Shown here piece after piece: positions 1 to 8,743 of a stretch of 64,000 bases of DNA. The first letter of the stretch is position 1, and every line of letters starts with the position of its first letter. The notes under the pieces were generated by a model. The model had not been told where the DNA came from. It ran no database searches and worked only from the letters and a program-made list of their open reading frames with translations. Source of the DNA: a virus; IMG/VR virus record IMGVR_UViG_3300027541_000218, positions 9,824 to 73,823 of that record, one strand, 5' to 3'. The translations under genes were made by a program, and so were the position numbers.

Positions 1-2
1 AT

Positions 3-116
3 CCTAGCCATGCAATTTCAATTGAATTAAATGGAAGAGATGCTTTGTATGCCCTTGGTTCTACCAGTGGATTATCTGCTTCTATTCTTATGACTAATCT
101 AGAACAAGGAATGTAA
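3..116 (+). CDS. 3' end of a gene truncated by the window edge
   Basis: Open frame PSHAISIEL...LEQGM*; the TAA overlaps the ATG at 116 (TAATG). Confidence 0.7.
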   Translation, partial: PSHAISIELNGRDALYALGSTSGLSASILMTNLEQGM

Positions 117-685
117 TGGCACGTTTTTATAATCCACCAGATGTTGGCGTACCTGGTCCACAAGGTCCACAAGGTCCTACTGGTCCGCAAGGTCCACAAG
201 GAGATCCTGGTCCTGCTGGAGGATTTGGATATTCAGCATCATATTGGAGCACTGTAGATCAAACTGGAACAAGTGGATCTATTCAAGCACATACATTAAA
301 TAATATTGATTGGGAAGATGGAATTCAGTTAGTAGATAATTCTAAAATTACCTTTTTATATGCTGGTAAATACAATATTGCATTTTCTGATCAGTGGCAC
401 CACACTGGCGGTGGAGGATCTGGTAGCACAGTAAATATTTGGCTTGCAAAAAACGGTACAGCAATAGAGGATACAAATACAAAAGTAATTGTTAACACTA
501 ATAATCCTTATTATGTTGCAGCATGGAACTTTTTTGTTAATGCTAGTACAAATGATTATTATCAAATAATGTGGTCTGCTGATACTACAACTATAAAATT
601 AGAAGCAGAGCCTGGAACTGGCAGTGGTGCAAATCGCCATCCGTCAATTCCTTCTGTTATTGTAACTGTTAACCAAGTAGGTTAA
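116..685 (+). CDS. Collagen-like protein with short Gly-Pro-X repeat and C-terminal beta-rich (C1q/BclA-like) domain
   Basis: GPQGPQGPTGPQGPQGDPGP; C-terminal motifs AGKYNIAFS and NIWLAKNG. Confidence 0.75.
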   Translation: MARFYNPPDVGVPGPQGPQGPTGPQGPQGDPGPAGGFGYSASYWSTVDQTGTSGSIQAHTLNNIDWEDGIQLVDNSKITFLYAGKYNIAFSDQWHHTGGGGSGSTVNIWLAKNGTAIEDTNTKVIVNTNNPYYVAAWNFFVNASTNDYYQIMWSADTTTIKLEAEPGTGSGANRHPSIPSVIVTVNQVG

Positions 686-686
686 T

Positions 687-715
687 TTGACAAAACCTAG
701 GGGTAGGTATATAAT
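687..715 (+). promoter_or_regulatory. Consensus housekeeping-sigma promoter, leaderless
   Basis: TTGACA 687-692, 17-bp spacer, TATAAT 710-715, ATG at 722. Confidence 0.85.
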
Positions 716-721
716 AGAAGT

Positions 722-835
722 ATGGAAAAGGGTAGAGTAGTTATTTGTGATTTATGCAATAAAACTATAGAAGTTCGTTGGGGTATTTTTGCTCATCAAT
801 CTTTATACCGCCATAAAAAGGCTGATCATAAATGA
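722..835 (+). CDS. 37-aa C2H2 zinc-finger-like microprotein (not in ORF track)
   Basis: MEKGRVVICDLCNKTIEVRWGIFAHQSLYRHKKADHK*; starts at predicted +1; stop overlaps next ATG (ATGA). Confidence 0.75.
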   Translation: MEKGRVVICDLCNKTIEVRWGIFAHQSLYRHKKADHK

Positions 836-1524
836 AACAAAGAATCATTGAGTTTGCTGCAGATGGTACAGCAATTCCAGATATAAAACCTTCTAAAAAC
901 TCTATACCCACATGGTATAAAGATATACCAACTTTTAACAAAAAGAATATAGTCTTTAATGATGGCATAGAGCCATTTAAAAATGTCAAATCATGTGTAC
1001 CATTTTTAGATGCAATGAACACTGGTTATACCGTTACACTATGGTCAGACGTTTATTGTAATCTTGGTGATACTGGTAATCATAATTTTAGATGGACAAT
1101 CGGACCAGATCCTATTTTATACCGTGGTAAAAATAAACATTTTTTAACTACAACAGATGAGTTTACTGATGATAGTTTTGCATGGCAGTCTCCATACTGC
1201 TTTAAATTACCAGATGGTTACAGTGCTATTGTAACTCACCCATTTAATAGGCATGACTTGCCCTTTGTTACACTTACAGGAATTGTAGATGCCGATGATA
1301 TTATGACTTCTGGTAATGTACCGTTTTTGCTTAAAAAGGACTTTAGTGGTATCATTGAAATAGGAACTCCTTTATTTCAGATTATTCCATTCAAAAGAGA
1401 AACTTGGAAAGCAGAAAGAAATGAAGAACTTCTCAAAATTGCTAATGATCAAAAAATTTCATCACAAAGAAAGTTTTTTAATTATTACAGAGATAAAATT
1501 TGGAAAAAGAAAGAATATCTATAG
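832..1524 (+). CDS. Hypothetical protein, degenerate dUTPase-like fold (paralog 1 of 3)
   Basis: KSCVPFLDAM, TGIVDAD, GTPLFQIIPFKRETW; clearly similar to 11722..12423. Confidence 0.55.
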   Translation: MKQRIIEFAADGTAIPDIKPSKNSIPTWYKDIPTFNKKNIVFNDGIEPFKNVKSCVPFLDAMNTGYTVTLWSDVYCNLGDTGNHNFRWTIGPDPILYRGKNKHFLTTTDEFTDDSFAWQSPYCFKLPDGYSAIVTHPFNRHDLPFVTLTGIVDADDIMTSGNVPFLLKKDFSGIIEIGTPLFQIIPFKRETWKAERNEELLKIANDQKISSQRKFFNYYRDKIWKKKEYL

Positions 1525-1532
1525 GAGATAAT

Positions 1533-2258
1533 ATGCCACACAGCGTAAAAGAAAGAATAACAATTGGATGGTGCGATAACGGAGTTGTAGAAGGACGTTT
1601 TGCAAGCGGTATTGTTAATACTGTCATTCAAGGAAAAGAATTTGGATTAAATATTATTAACACTATTCGTGTTAATGGTAATCAGATTGCACGTCAAAGA
1701 CAATCTTTATGGGATTTTTGGGCAGACCTATCTGATAGTGAATGGTTGTTATGGGTTGATTCTGATATTATCATTACCCCACAAGTTGTAAAAATGCTTT
1801 GGGAAGTTGCAGATAAAAAGACTAAGCCAGTTGTAACGGGGACATATTTTGTTTCTGCAGAAAACGAACAAACTCTTATGAGACCAATGCCAGCGTTGTA
1901 TTTAGAAACAGGTGATATTTATCAAACACAAGTTTTACATCCTTTGCCAGAAAATCAGGTTGTTCCAGTAGATGTGGCTGGGTTTGGACTTATGCTAATG
2001 CACCGCTCAATTATTGATCCAGTAAAGGCTGTTGCTGGTGATATTTCTGTGTTTGGAGAAAACCAACAGGCTGCTAATAAGTTTGTTAGTGAAGATGTTT
2101 CATTCTGTCGCAATCTTAAGAAAGCAGGATTCCAATTGTACGCACATACTGGTGCAACTGTTCAGCATATGAAAACATTTTCATTTGATAAAAACTATTA
2201 CAACATATATTGGGATGCTATGACTAGCGGAAAGATTAAGAAGCCCGAAAATGGCTGA
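1533..2258 (+). CDS. GT-A fold (GT2-like) glycosyltransferase
   Basis: WVDSD DxD motif, GFGLMLMHR, SEDVSFC; AGGAG SD supports the start at 1533. Confidence 0.8.
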   Translation: MPHSVKERITIGWCDNGVVEGRFASGIVNTVIQGKEFGLNIINTIRVNGNQIARQRQSLWDFWADLSDSEWLLWVDSDIIITPQVVKMLWEVADKKTKPVVTGTYFVSAENEQTLMRPMPALYLETGDIYQTQVLHPLPENQVVPVDVAGFGLMLMHRSIIDPVKAVAGDISVFGENQQAANKFVSEDVSFCRNLKKAGFQLYAHTGATVQHMKTFSFDKNYYNIYWDAMTSGKIKKPENG

Positions 2259-2508
2259 TCCAAATCAAACTCCACAAAGAGGTGATTGGGCTTGTCCATG
2301 CAATGGCTGTAAAAAGGCTGTTGCTTTTGAACGCAAACAACTTTTAGAACTACTTGAAGTAACCAAAGTTGAATATCAGATTTATCGTGGGTCAAGTTTT
2401 GATAAAGATGGCAATCTTCTTTGGATGAAAGATGATGTTGAAGCATATTCTGAAGGAATAGATGTTGCAATTAATTTAATAAAAAGCAGAATGGATAAAA
2501 AGAAATGA
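2251..2508 (+). CDS. Hypothetical protein with CxCxxC motif
   Basis: WACPCNGC; overlaps both neighbours. Confidence 0.6.
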   Translation: MADPNQTPQRGDWACPCNGCKKAVAFERKQLLELLEVTKVEYQIYRGSSFDKDGNLLWMKDDVEAYSEGIDVAINLIKSRMDKKK

Positions 2509-4034
2509 AACTATTGGCAATAGGTATGCAACATCACGATCATAATGCAGCATATTTTGATGGAGAAAAACTACACTATCATAAATTTGAAAGAACAAAA
2601 CAAATTAAACACTTTGAATATGAAAATAGATGGGAAATATTTAAAGATGTTCAAGAACTATGGAACTTTAAATTAGATGAAATAGATGATATTGTTATTG
2701 ATTATGACTATGCTACCTTTTTTCAAAACATAGACCCAGAGTTTGATTTAACAAGACCAGAAGTGTTATTTTATAGAATACCAAAAAAATACAATCCTTT
2801 TGAATCTTTTGGTATAAAAAATGCATGGCATATAAGCCATCATTATTCTCACGCCTTATCCACATGGATGCTAGAAGATAAGAATAATTCTCCAAGAGTT
2901 AGAGTTGTTATAGATGGCATGGGAAATAATAAAACATGTACAATTTTTGAAAATAATGTTGTTATAAAGAGTGTATATGAGGCTGACGCTGGATCAATTG
3001 GGTTTCATATGAACAATGCTGCTATGTGGCTTGGTGTAAACAAAGTGAGTTCGCTTGACAATGCTGGCAAAGTTATGGGCTTACAGTCATACGGAAGGGT
3101 TCATGACCAATACTTAAAAGAAATTAATGAGTTTGGAATTGATAATGCTAATGCCATATTTGACTTGACTAGATGGAATAACTACATGAAAGATCCATTG
3201 TTAACTAATCTTACCCCTCTTGACTGGATTAGAACTGTGCATGAAAGAGTTGGGGATCTTTTAGTAGAACTATTTAGTAAGTATATTAATAAAGAAGAAA
3301 GTGTTTCGTACTCTGGAGGAGTAGCACAAAATGTTGTATGGAATACAAAACTAATTCATAATTTTCCTAATATAATTATTCCACCACATTCTAGTGATGA
3401 AGGATGTAGTTTAGGTGCAATTGAATGGTTAAGAAAATATCACGATCTTCCTGAGTTTAAACTTGAAAACTTTCCATATTGTCAAAATGATTATGCTCCA
3501 AGCACAGAGCCTACAGATGAAACAATTAAGTATGCAGCCAAAATGTTGGCAGAAAATAAGATTGTAGGTTGGTATCAGGGACATGGGGAAGTTGGTCCTA
3601 GAGCGTTGGGTCATAGGTCTATATTAATGAATCCTGCTATACCGCTTGGAAAAGAAATTATTAATTCTGTTAAAAAACGAGAAAACTATAGACCATTTGG
3701 AGCATCTGTTTTATCTGAGCATGTACTAGATTATTTTAAATATGATATAAAAGATCCACACATGCTATTTACTAATGACTTTAAGGTTGATACGTTCCCA
3801 GCAATTACTCACGTTGATGGCACTTGTAGAACTCAAACGGTAGAAAATGATGGATCTGCATACAGAAAACTAATTGAAGAATTTTATAAGTTGACTGGAC
3901 ATGCATTAATTCTGAATACTAGTTTAAACATTAATGGAAAACCAATTGCAGGATATCCTGAGAATGCTATTGACTTGTTTGAGTTTTCTATGATAGACTG
4001 TATGATAATTGGAAATACAATATTAAATAAATAA
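2505..4034 (+). CDS. Carbamoyltransferase (NodU/CmcH/TobZ family)
   Basis: HHDHNAA, HHYSHA, VIDGMG, GKVMGL, SGGVAQN, GPRALGHRS, RPFGAS, HVDGTCRTQTV, LNTSLN. Confidence 0.93.
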   Translation: MKLLAIGMQHHDHNAAYFDGEKLHYHKFERTKQIKHFEYENRWEIFKDVQELWNFKLDEIDDIVIDYDYATFFQNIDPEFDLTRPEVLFYRIPKKYNPFESFGIKNAWHISHHYSHALSTWMLEDKNNSPRVRVVIDGMGNNKTCTIFENNVVIKSVYEADAGSIGFHMNNAAMWLGVNKVSSLDNAGKVMGLQSYGRVHDQYLKEINEFGIDNANAIFDLTRWNNYMKDPLLTNLTPLDWIRTVHERVGDLLVELFSKYINKEESVSYSGGVAQNVVWNTKLIHNFPNIIIPPHSSDEGCSLGAIEWLRKYHDLPEFKLENFPYCQNDYAPSTEPTDETIKYAAKMLAENKIVGWYQGHGEVGPRALGHRSILMNPAIPLGKEIINSVKKRENYRPFGASVLSEHVLDYFKYDIKDPHMLFTNDFKVDTFPAITHVDGTCRTQTVENDGSAYRKLIEEFYKLTGHALILNTSLNINGKPIAGYPENAIDLFEFSMIDCMIIGNTILNK

Positions 4035-4110
4035 TGGTCTGTAGTTCAGTTGGCAGAACAAGGCACTGTTAATGCCTGGGTCGTAGGTTCGAGTCCTACC
4101 AGACCAGCCA
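4035..4110 (+). tRNA. tRNA-Asn(GTT)
   Basis: Cloverleaf; acceptor TGGTCTG/CAGACCA; anticodon loop CTGTTAA; encoded CCA. Confidence 0.95.
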
Positions 4111-4111
4111 A

Positions 4112-4185
4112 GCGAATATTGCATAGTGGTAGTGCGTAACCTTGCCAAGGTTAATGTGCGAGTTCGATTCTCGCTATTCGCTCCA
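4112..4185 (+). tRNA. tRNA-Gly(GCC)
   Basis: Acceptor GCGAATA/TATTCGC; loop TTGCCAA; encoded CCA. Confidence 0.93.
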
Positions 4186-4186
4186 A

Positions 4187-4260
4187 GGTCCGTTAGTTCA
4201 GTTGGTTAGAACGCCACCCTGTCACGGTGGAGGTCGTGAGTTCAAGTCTCATACGGATCG
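4187..4260 (+). tRNA. tRNA-Asp(GTC)
   Basis: Acceptor GGTCCGT/ACGGATC; loop CTGTCAC; no encoded CCA. Confidence 0.93.
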
Positions 4261-4264
4261 CTAA

Positions 4265-4336
4265 GTCTCCATCGTCTAGTGGTTAGGACAACACCCTTTC
4301 ACGGTGTAAACGAGAGTTCAATTCTCTCTGGAGATA
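4265..4336 (+). tRNA. tRNA-Glu(TTC)
   Basis: Acceptor GTCTCCA/TGGAGAT; loop CTTTCAC; no encoded CCA. Confidence 0.92.
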
Positions 4337-4342
4337 CTCGAA

Positions 4343-4482
4343 ATAACATCTGAACAATGTTATGGAGATCGTTATTACTGAAACTGAGTTCGTGGGCGCA
4401 TCATACGAAGGTGTTCAGACCGAAGGAGATTGCTCTGCTACCCCACTAGGTAATAACAGCCAGCGGAGACTTTGTGGCTGGC
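4343..4482 (+). ncRNA. Candidate structured (pseudoknotted) ncRNA inside the tRNA array
   Basis: Several complementary segments and a 7-bp loop pseudoknot; not a cloverleaf. Confidence 0.65.
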
Positions 4483-4486
4483 ATTT

Positions 4487-4558
4487 GCCTCCTTAACTCA
4501 GGGGTAGAGTACCCGCCTTGTAAGCGGGTTGTCGTAGGTTCAAATCCTACAGGAGGCT
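4487..4558 (+). tRNA. tRNA-Thr(TGT)
   Basis: Acceptor GCCTCCT/AGGAGGC; loop CTTGTAA; no encoded CCA. Confidence 0.93.
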
Positions 4559-4559
4559 C

Positions 4560-5483
4560 GTGGCACACTTATCAATTAAAGAATTGTCTAAGCGCAATAA
4601 CTTTCAGACCTTTGTCTATAGAATAGGCATTGGTCAAGGGTTTTATCTTGTTAATACAGATATACTTGTTAAGTTAAATAAATCTATTTTAGAAAATATT
4701 TTATCAGTTGACGATTTAAATAATTATAAAGTTGGTAGATCAATACAATTACCAACTGAAACTAATGATTTAGTTCCATTAAGTATGCTTTATAAAGACT
4801 CAGATTTTTCTACTAGAACACAAAATACAACAGCAAAACAAGATGAACAGATATTTAATATTGCATGTTTAATGGATAGTATTAAAAATGAAAGTGGCTT
4901 AGAATATGTGCCAATTAAAATTATAGATAATATATATAATGTAAGGTCAATAAAATCTTTAGAAGATAAATCCAAGGCTGATTTTTGTTTCATAGACTTA
5001 GATGGTAAAGAAGTAGGTTTTGTATCACATAAAGATGGTATAAGCCCTAGAGACTTCCAACAGTGGTCTGGTACATCAAAAAGATTTCAAGAAGAAATAT
5101 TTTTACATCCTGAGACTCAAGATTTTATTTCTGTTTTGAAAGAAAATTTTAATGACAGTCTTCCACCAGCGTCAACAGTAGCAAGAAAAATATCAGATCA
5201 AAGACTAAAACATCTTGCCGTATTTGGTAATGATTTTGGTCAAGTGCTTGGTAGAAACAATGTTGAGGCTGTAATGCAAGGAGATTTACAACTTATATTT
5301 AAGAATGAATACTGTGAATTGGTTGGATCTCACTATACTATTAAGAATGGAGAGATACCTGTTTACGGATATGAGCCAGTGCTTATGGCAGTACACAAAA
5401 GAGATAGAAGCGATCATTGGATTAAAAACTGTAGGCTTACTATAAATCCATTAGGTACTAGAACTATTAAGTTGTTCATATAG
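4560..5483 (+). CDS. Putative PD-(D/E)XK (restriction-endonuclease-like) nuclease
   Basis: KADF...FVSHK followed by FQQWSG; GTG start abuts the tRNA. Confidence 0.5.
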   Translation: MAHLSIKELSKRNNFQTFVYRIGIGQGFYLVNTDILVKLNKSILENILSVDDLNNYKVGRSIQLPTETNDLVPLSMLYKDSDFSTRTQNTTAKQDEQIFNIACLMDSIKNESGLEYVPIKIIDNIYNVRSIKSLEDKSKADFCFIDLDGKEVGFVSHKDGISPRDFQQWSGTSKRFQEEIFLHPETQDFISVLKENFNDSLPPASTVARKISDQRLKHLAVFGNDFGQVLGRNNVEAVMQGDLQLIFKNEYCELVGSHYTIKNGEIPVYGYEPVLMAVHKRDRSDHWIKNCRLTINPLGTRTIKLFI

Positions 5484-5514
5484 TTGATGCTATAATTATA
5501 TAAAAGGGGTAATA

Positions 5515-6468
5515 TTGGCTAAAATTGTATTCTTAGGTAACTTTAGTGTTGACTACAGTAGTGAAACGCATCATGCTAAATCATTAGAGGCTCTTGGGCA
5601 TACCGTCGTTAAAATGCAGGAGCAAAAGGCTAAGAGCAATGTTATTCTTGCTGAAGCATTACAAAGCGATTTATTTGTATGGGTTCATACTCATGGCTGG
5701 AAGACTCCAGGATCACCTTCTATGGATGTAGTTTTAACTGAATTAAAGAAGGCTGGCATACCAACAATGACCTATCATCTTGATCTTTGGTTTGGACTAA
5801 AACGACAAAAAGATTTAGAAAATGATAATTTTTATAGAACAATTGGTCACTTCTTTACTGTAGATAAACTTATGGCTGATTGGTTTAATGATAATACATC
5901 AGTAAAAGGACACTACCTTCCTGCTGGGGTATATGGAGAAGAGTGTTATTTAGATAGTTCTTATGGAAATGGTTACGAGCATGACATTATATTTGTTGGA
6001 AGTAAGGGTTATCACCCAGAATATCCATATCGCCCAATGTTAATTGACTATCTAAGACAAACCTATGGCAAAAGATTTTTACATGTTGGTGGAGATGGCG
6101 ATACTGGAACTGTGCGTGGAGAAAAGTTAAATAGGATTTATGCTAAAAGTAAGATTGCAATTGGAGATAGTTTAAATTTAAATTTTGACTATCCGTATTA
6201 TACAAGTGATAGACTATTTGAAAGTACTGGTCGTGGTGGGTTCACAATCTACCCTGATATTAAAGGACTAAGAGATTTATTTGTAGATAAAGAAGAAATT
6301 GTTTTTTATGAACATGGTAACTTTAAAGATCTAAAAAACAAAATAGATTATTATCTTGAGCATGATGAAGAACGTGAAAAGATAAGGGTCGCTGGACATG
6401 AAAGAACTAAAAAAGAACATACATATGTTCATAGATGGGCAACAATAATAAGGGAGTTAAACCTATGA
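5515..6468 (+). CDS. GT-B glycosyltransferase (CgeB/Glyco_trans_1_2-like)
   Basis: DIIFVGS, SDRLFESTGRGGF, EREKIRVAGHERTKKEHTY; TGCTATAAT promoter upstream. Confidence 0.85.
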   Translation: MAKIVFLGNFSVDYSSETHHAKSLEALGHTVVKMQEQKAKSNVILAEALQSDLFVWVHTHGWKTPGSPSMDVVLTELKKAGIPTMTYHLDLWFGLKRQKDLENDNFYRTIGHFFTVDKLMADWFNDNTSVKGHYLPAGVYGEECYLDSSYGNGYEHDIIFVGSKGYHPEYPYRPMLIDYLRQTYGKRFLHVGGDGDTGTVRGEKLNRIYAKSKIAIGDSLNLNFDYPYYTSDRLFESTGRGGFTIYPDIKGLRDLFVDKEEIVFYEHGNFKDLKNKIDYYLEHDEEREKIRVAGHERTKKEHTYVHRWATIIRELNL

Positions 6469-7178
6469 CAGAGATGGTTAAAGCCGTTATAAACGGAGAG
6501 TTTGAAATAACATTACCAAAGCATAGGGCAGATAGACCAGACTGGTATCAACCACAAGGTTGGGAGAAACCAAGATTAAAGTCTATGCATGAAAATATTG
6601 GTGAAAACGATGTTGTTTACTATGTTGGTGCTGAAGAAGGAGAGATGCCAGCATTATGTCAGATGTGGGGTGCTGAGGTTGTTTTATTTGAGCCTAACCC
6701 AAAAGTTTGGTCACACTTTCCATTACTTTGGAGTGCTAATAATTTAAAAATGCCACTTGCCTGTATTCCTGGATTTGCATCAGATAAAGATAATAAGTTA
6801 GCAAGAATTTATTACAGCGAGTTTCCACCAGAGGCTGATTCTCCTATTGAGGCAGCGCATGGATTTAAAGAACTTCAGTATGAAGCAGATAAATATGGAC
6901 AAACTAAAATTGATACTCTTGTTTATGAAAAAGGATTAAAGCCACCAACAGTAATCTCTCTTGATGTTGAGGGAAGTGAATGGCGTGTTCTTGGTGGTGC
7001 AGAAAAAACAATGAGAGAATTTAGACCAAAAATTTGGTTATCTGGTCATCCAGAATTTATGATGATGTATTGGAAAGAATATCTATATGATTTAAGACAG
7101 TTTATTAAAGGCATTGGATATAAAGAATATCTTTTAGATTATCAACATGAGGTTCATTTTTATTATGAACCAGCCTAA
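6465..7178 (+). CDS. FkbM-family methyltransferase
   Basis: VGAEEG, FEPNP, SLDVEGSEWRVLGGA. Confidence 0.85.
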   Translation: MTEMVKAVINGEFEITLPKHRADRPDWYQPQGWEKPRLKSMHENIGENDVVYYVGAEEGEMPALCQMWGAEVVLFEPNPKVWSHFPLLWSANNLKMPLACIPGFASDKDNKLARIYYSEFPPEADSPIEAAHGFKELQYEADKYGQTKIDTLVYEKGLKPPTVISLDVEGSEWRVLGGAEKTMREFRPKIWLSGHPEFMMMYWKEYLYDLRQFIKGIGYKEYLLDYQHEVHFYYEPA

Positions 7179-8025
7179 AGCATATATATTTTCTATTGAT
7201 CCTTTAGATGCTGCTGATGGTAAATGGGATTACGGTTTGCTTAAAGAAACTTTTGAACGTCATCACATTGATCAATTAGTTGTAAAAAATATACCAAAAG
7301 ATGAAAGAGCATTTGTAGTAATTCCTGGTCAAGGTAATGCGGGTAAAGAAGAACTAATTAATAAGGAACTTAGTAATCTTGATAGAGTAGTATTATTTAT
7401 TACTGGAGACGAGTCTGCTACATTTAATGTAGATCTTATTAGTCATCCTAATATTAAGATATGGGTTCAATACCCCCACAAAAAACATGAAAAATATCAA
7501 AAGTTTTTTATTGGTGTTCCACAGCATTTAAAGGCTGAAAAGCCAGATTATCCTAGCAAAGATTATGACGTTTATTTTGGTGGACAGGTTACACATCAAC
7601 GTAGAAAGCAACTAGGAGAGGTCATGCAAACCCTTCCAAATGCCCTTTATAAGCCCACAAAAGGCTTTGCACAGGGTGATACACCAAAGGAATACTATAA
7701 GACGCTCTCAAAGGCAAAGATAGCCCCTGCGCCAGCGGGTGCTGTAGTAGTTGATTCTTTTAGATTTTTTGAGGCTATAGAAATGTTATGTATGCCTGTT
7801 GGAGATGGAAGAAACTCTCAAGGAGAAGTTGATAGTTATTTTAAATATATTTATCCTAAAGATCTACCTTTTCCAATAGTAGATAATTGGAATGAATTAA
7901 ATGAACTTCTACCAGATCTTATTTCTAACTATCCTAATAATATGCATCAAGTAGTTTGTTGGTGGTTAAAATATAAAAGAGATTTTGGTTTTAAGGTTAT
8001 GAGGCAACTTCATGAACAAGAGTGA
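7165..8025 (+). CDS. Glycosyltransferase, exostosin/GT47-like
   Basis: YDVYFGGQ, SKAKIAPAPAG, DSFRFFEAIEMLCMPV. Confidence 0.7.
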   Translation: MNQPKAYIFSIDPLDAADGKWDYGLLKETFERHHIDQLVVKNIPKDERAFVVIPGQGNAGKEELINKELSNLDRVVLFITGDESATFNVDLISHPNIKIWVQYPHKKHEKYQKFFIGVPQHLKAEKPDYPSKDYDVYFGGQVTHQRRKQLGEVMQTLPNALYKPTKGFAQGDTPKEYYKTLSKAKIAPAPAGAVVVDSFRFFEAIEMLCMPVGDGRNSQGEVDSYFKYIYPKDLPFPIVDNWNELNELLPDLISNYPNNMHQVVCWWLKYKRDFGFKVMRQLHEQE

Positions 8026-8743
8026 TATTACGGCTATACTTGTTACCTCTGTATTGCCAAGTCATCCAGATACCCGCATACTTGATGAAACACTTGCTTC
8101 TATTCGTACCCATTTGCCAGAGAATGAGGTTATCCTTCAAATTGATGGGCTTAGAGAAGAAAGAGCAAGCCGCAAAGAAGATTACAATGAGTTTAAAAAT
8201 CGTGTACTTTGGAAATGCATACATGAATGGAAAAATGTTTTACCAGTAATATTTGACGAACATTGTCATCAGACTACAATGATGAAAAGAACTATTGATA
8301 TGGTGAACACTTCAGCACTTTTATATGTTGAGGGAGATGCACCGCTTACATCAGATCAGCCAATTGATTGGCAGAAATGTTTAGACATGATGGAATACAA
8401 TAGTGCCAATACTATTAGGTTTCATTTTGAAGCATCCATTCCTAAAGAACACGAACATTTAATGTTTGGTATTGAAAACGGTTTTATGAAAACAAATCAA
8501 TGGAGCCAAAGACCACATCTTAGTTTAGCAAAATATTATAGAGAAATAGTTCTACCCTTCTCTGATGAAAAAACTTTTATTGAAGATAGATTTCATGGAA
8601 AAGTTCAAGACGACCCATGGTGGAAACATAAACTATGGATCTATCATCCTGAAGGTAACATAAAAAGATCTTATCATTTAGACGGACGTGAGGGAACAAG
8701 AAAATTTACTGCAGATGATGAAGTCTGGGGATATAAAGAGTGA
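8012..8743 (+). CDS. Putative GT-A glycosyltransferase
   Basis: TSVLPSHPDTRIL, LYVEGD, WSQRPHL, HLDGR; lies in the GT operon. Confidence 0.55.
   Translation: MNKSDITAILVTSVLPSHPDTRILDETLASIRTHLPENEVILQIDGLREERASRKEDYNEFKNRVLWKCIHEWKNVLPVIFDEHCHQTTMMKRTIDMVNTSALLYVEGDAPLTSDQPIDWQKCLDMMEYNSANTIRFHFEASIPKEHEHLMFGIENGFMKTNQWSQRPHLSLAKYYREIVLPFSDEKTFIEDRFHGKVQDDPWWKHKLWIYHPEGNIKRSYHLDGREGTRKFTADDEVWGYKE

Noticed and set aside
4430-4475. Resemblance of CTACCCC...AGCCAGCGGAGAC to a cobalamin riboswitch B12 box
   Set aside because: The core GGGAA and GCAACTGT elements are missing, and the element lies between tRNAs rather than in an mRNA leader.
4337-4486. Hammerhead or theta/HDV ribozyme, or intron-containing tRNA
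   Set aside because: No CTGATGA/GAAA core, no HDV nested fold that I could build at the tRNA 3' end, and both flanking tRNAs are complete.
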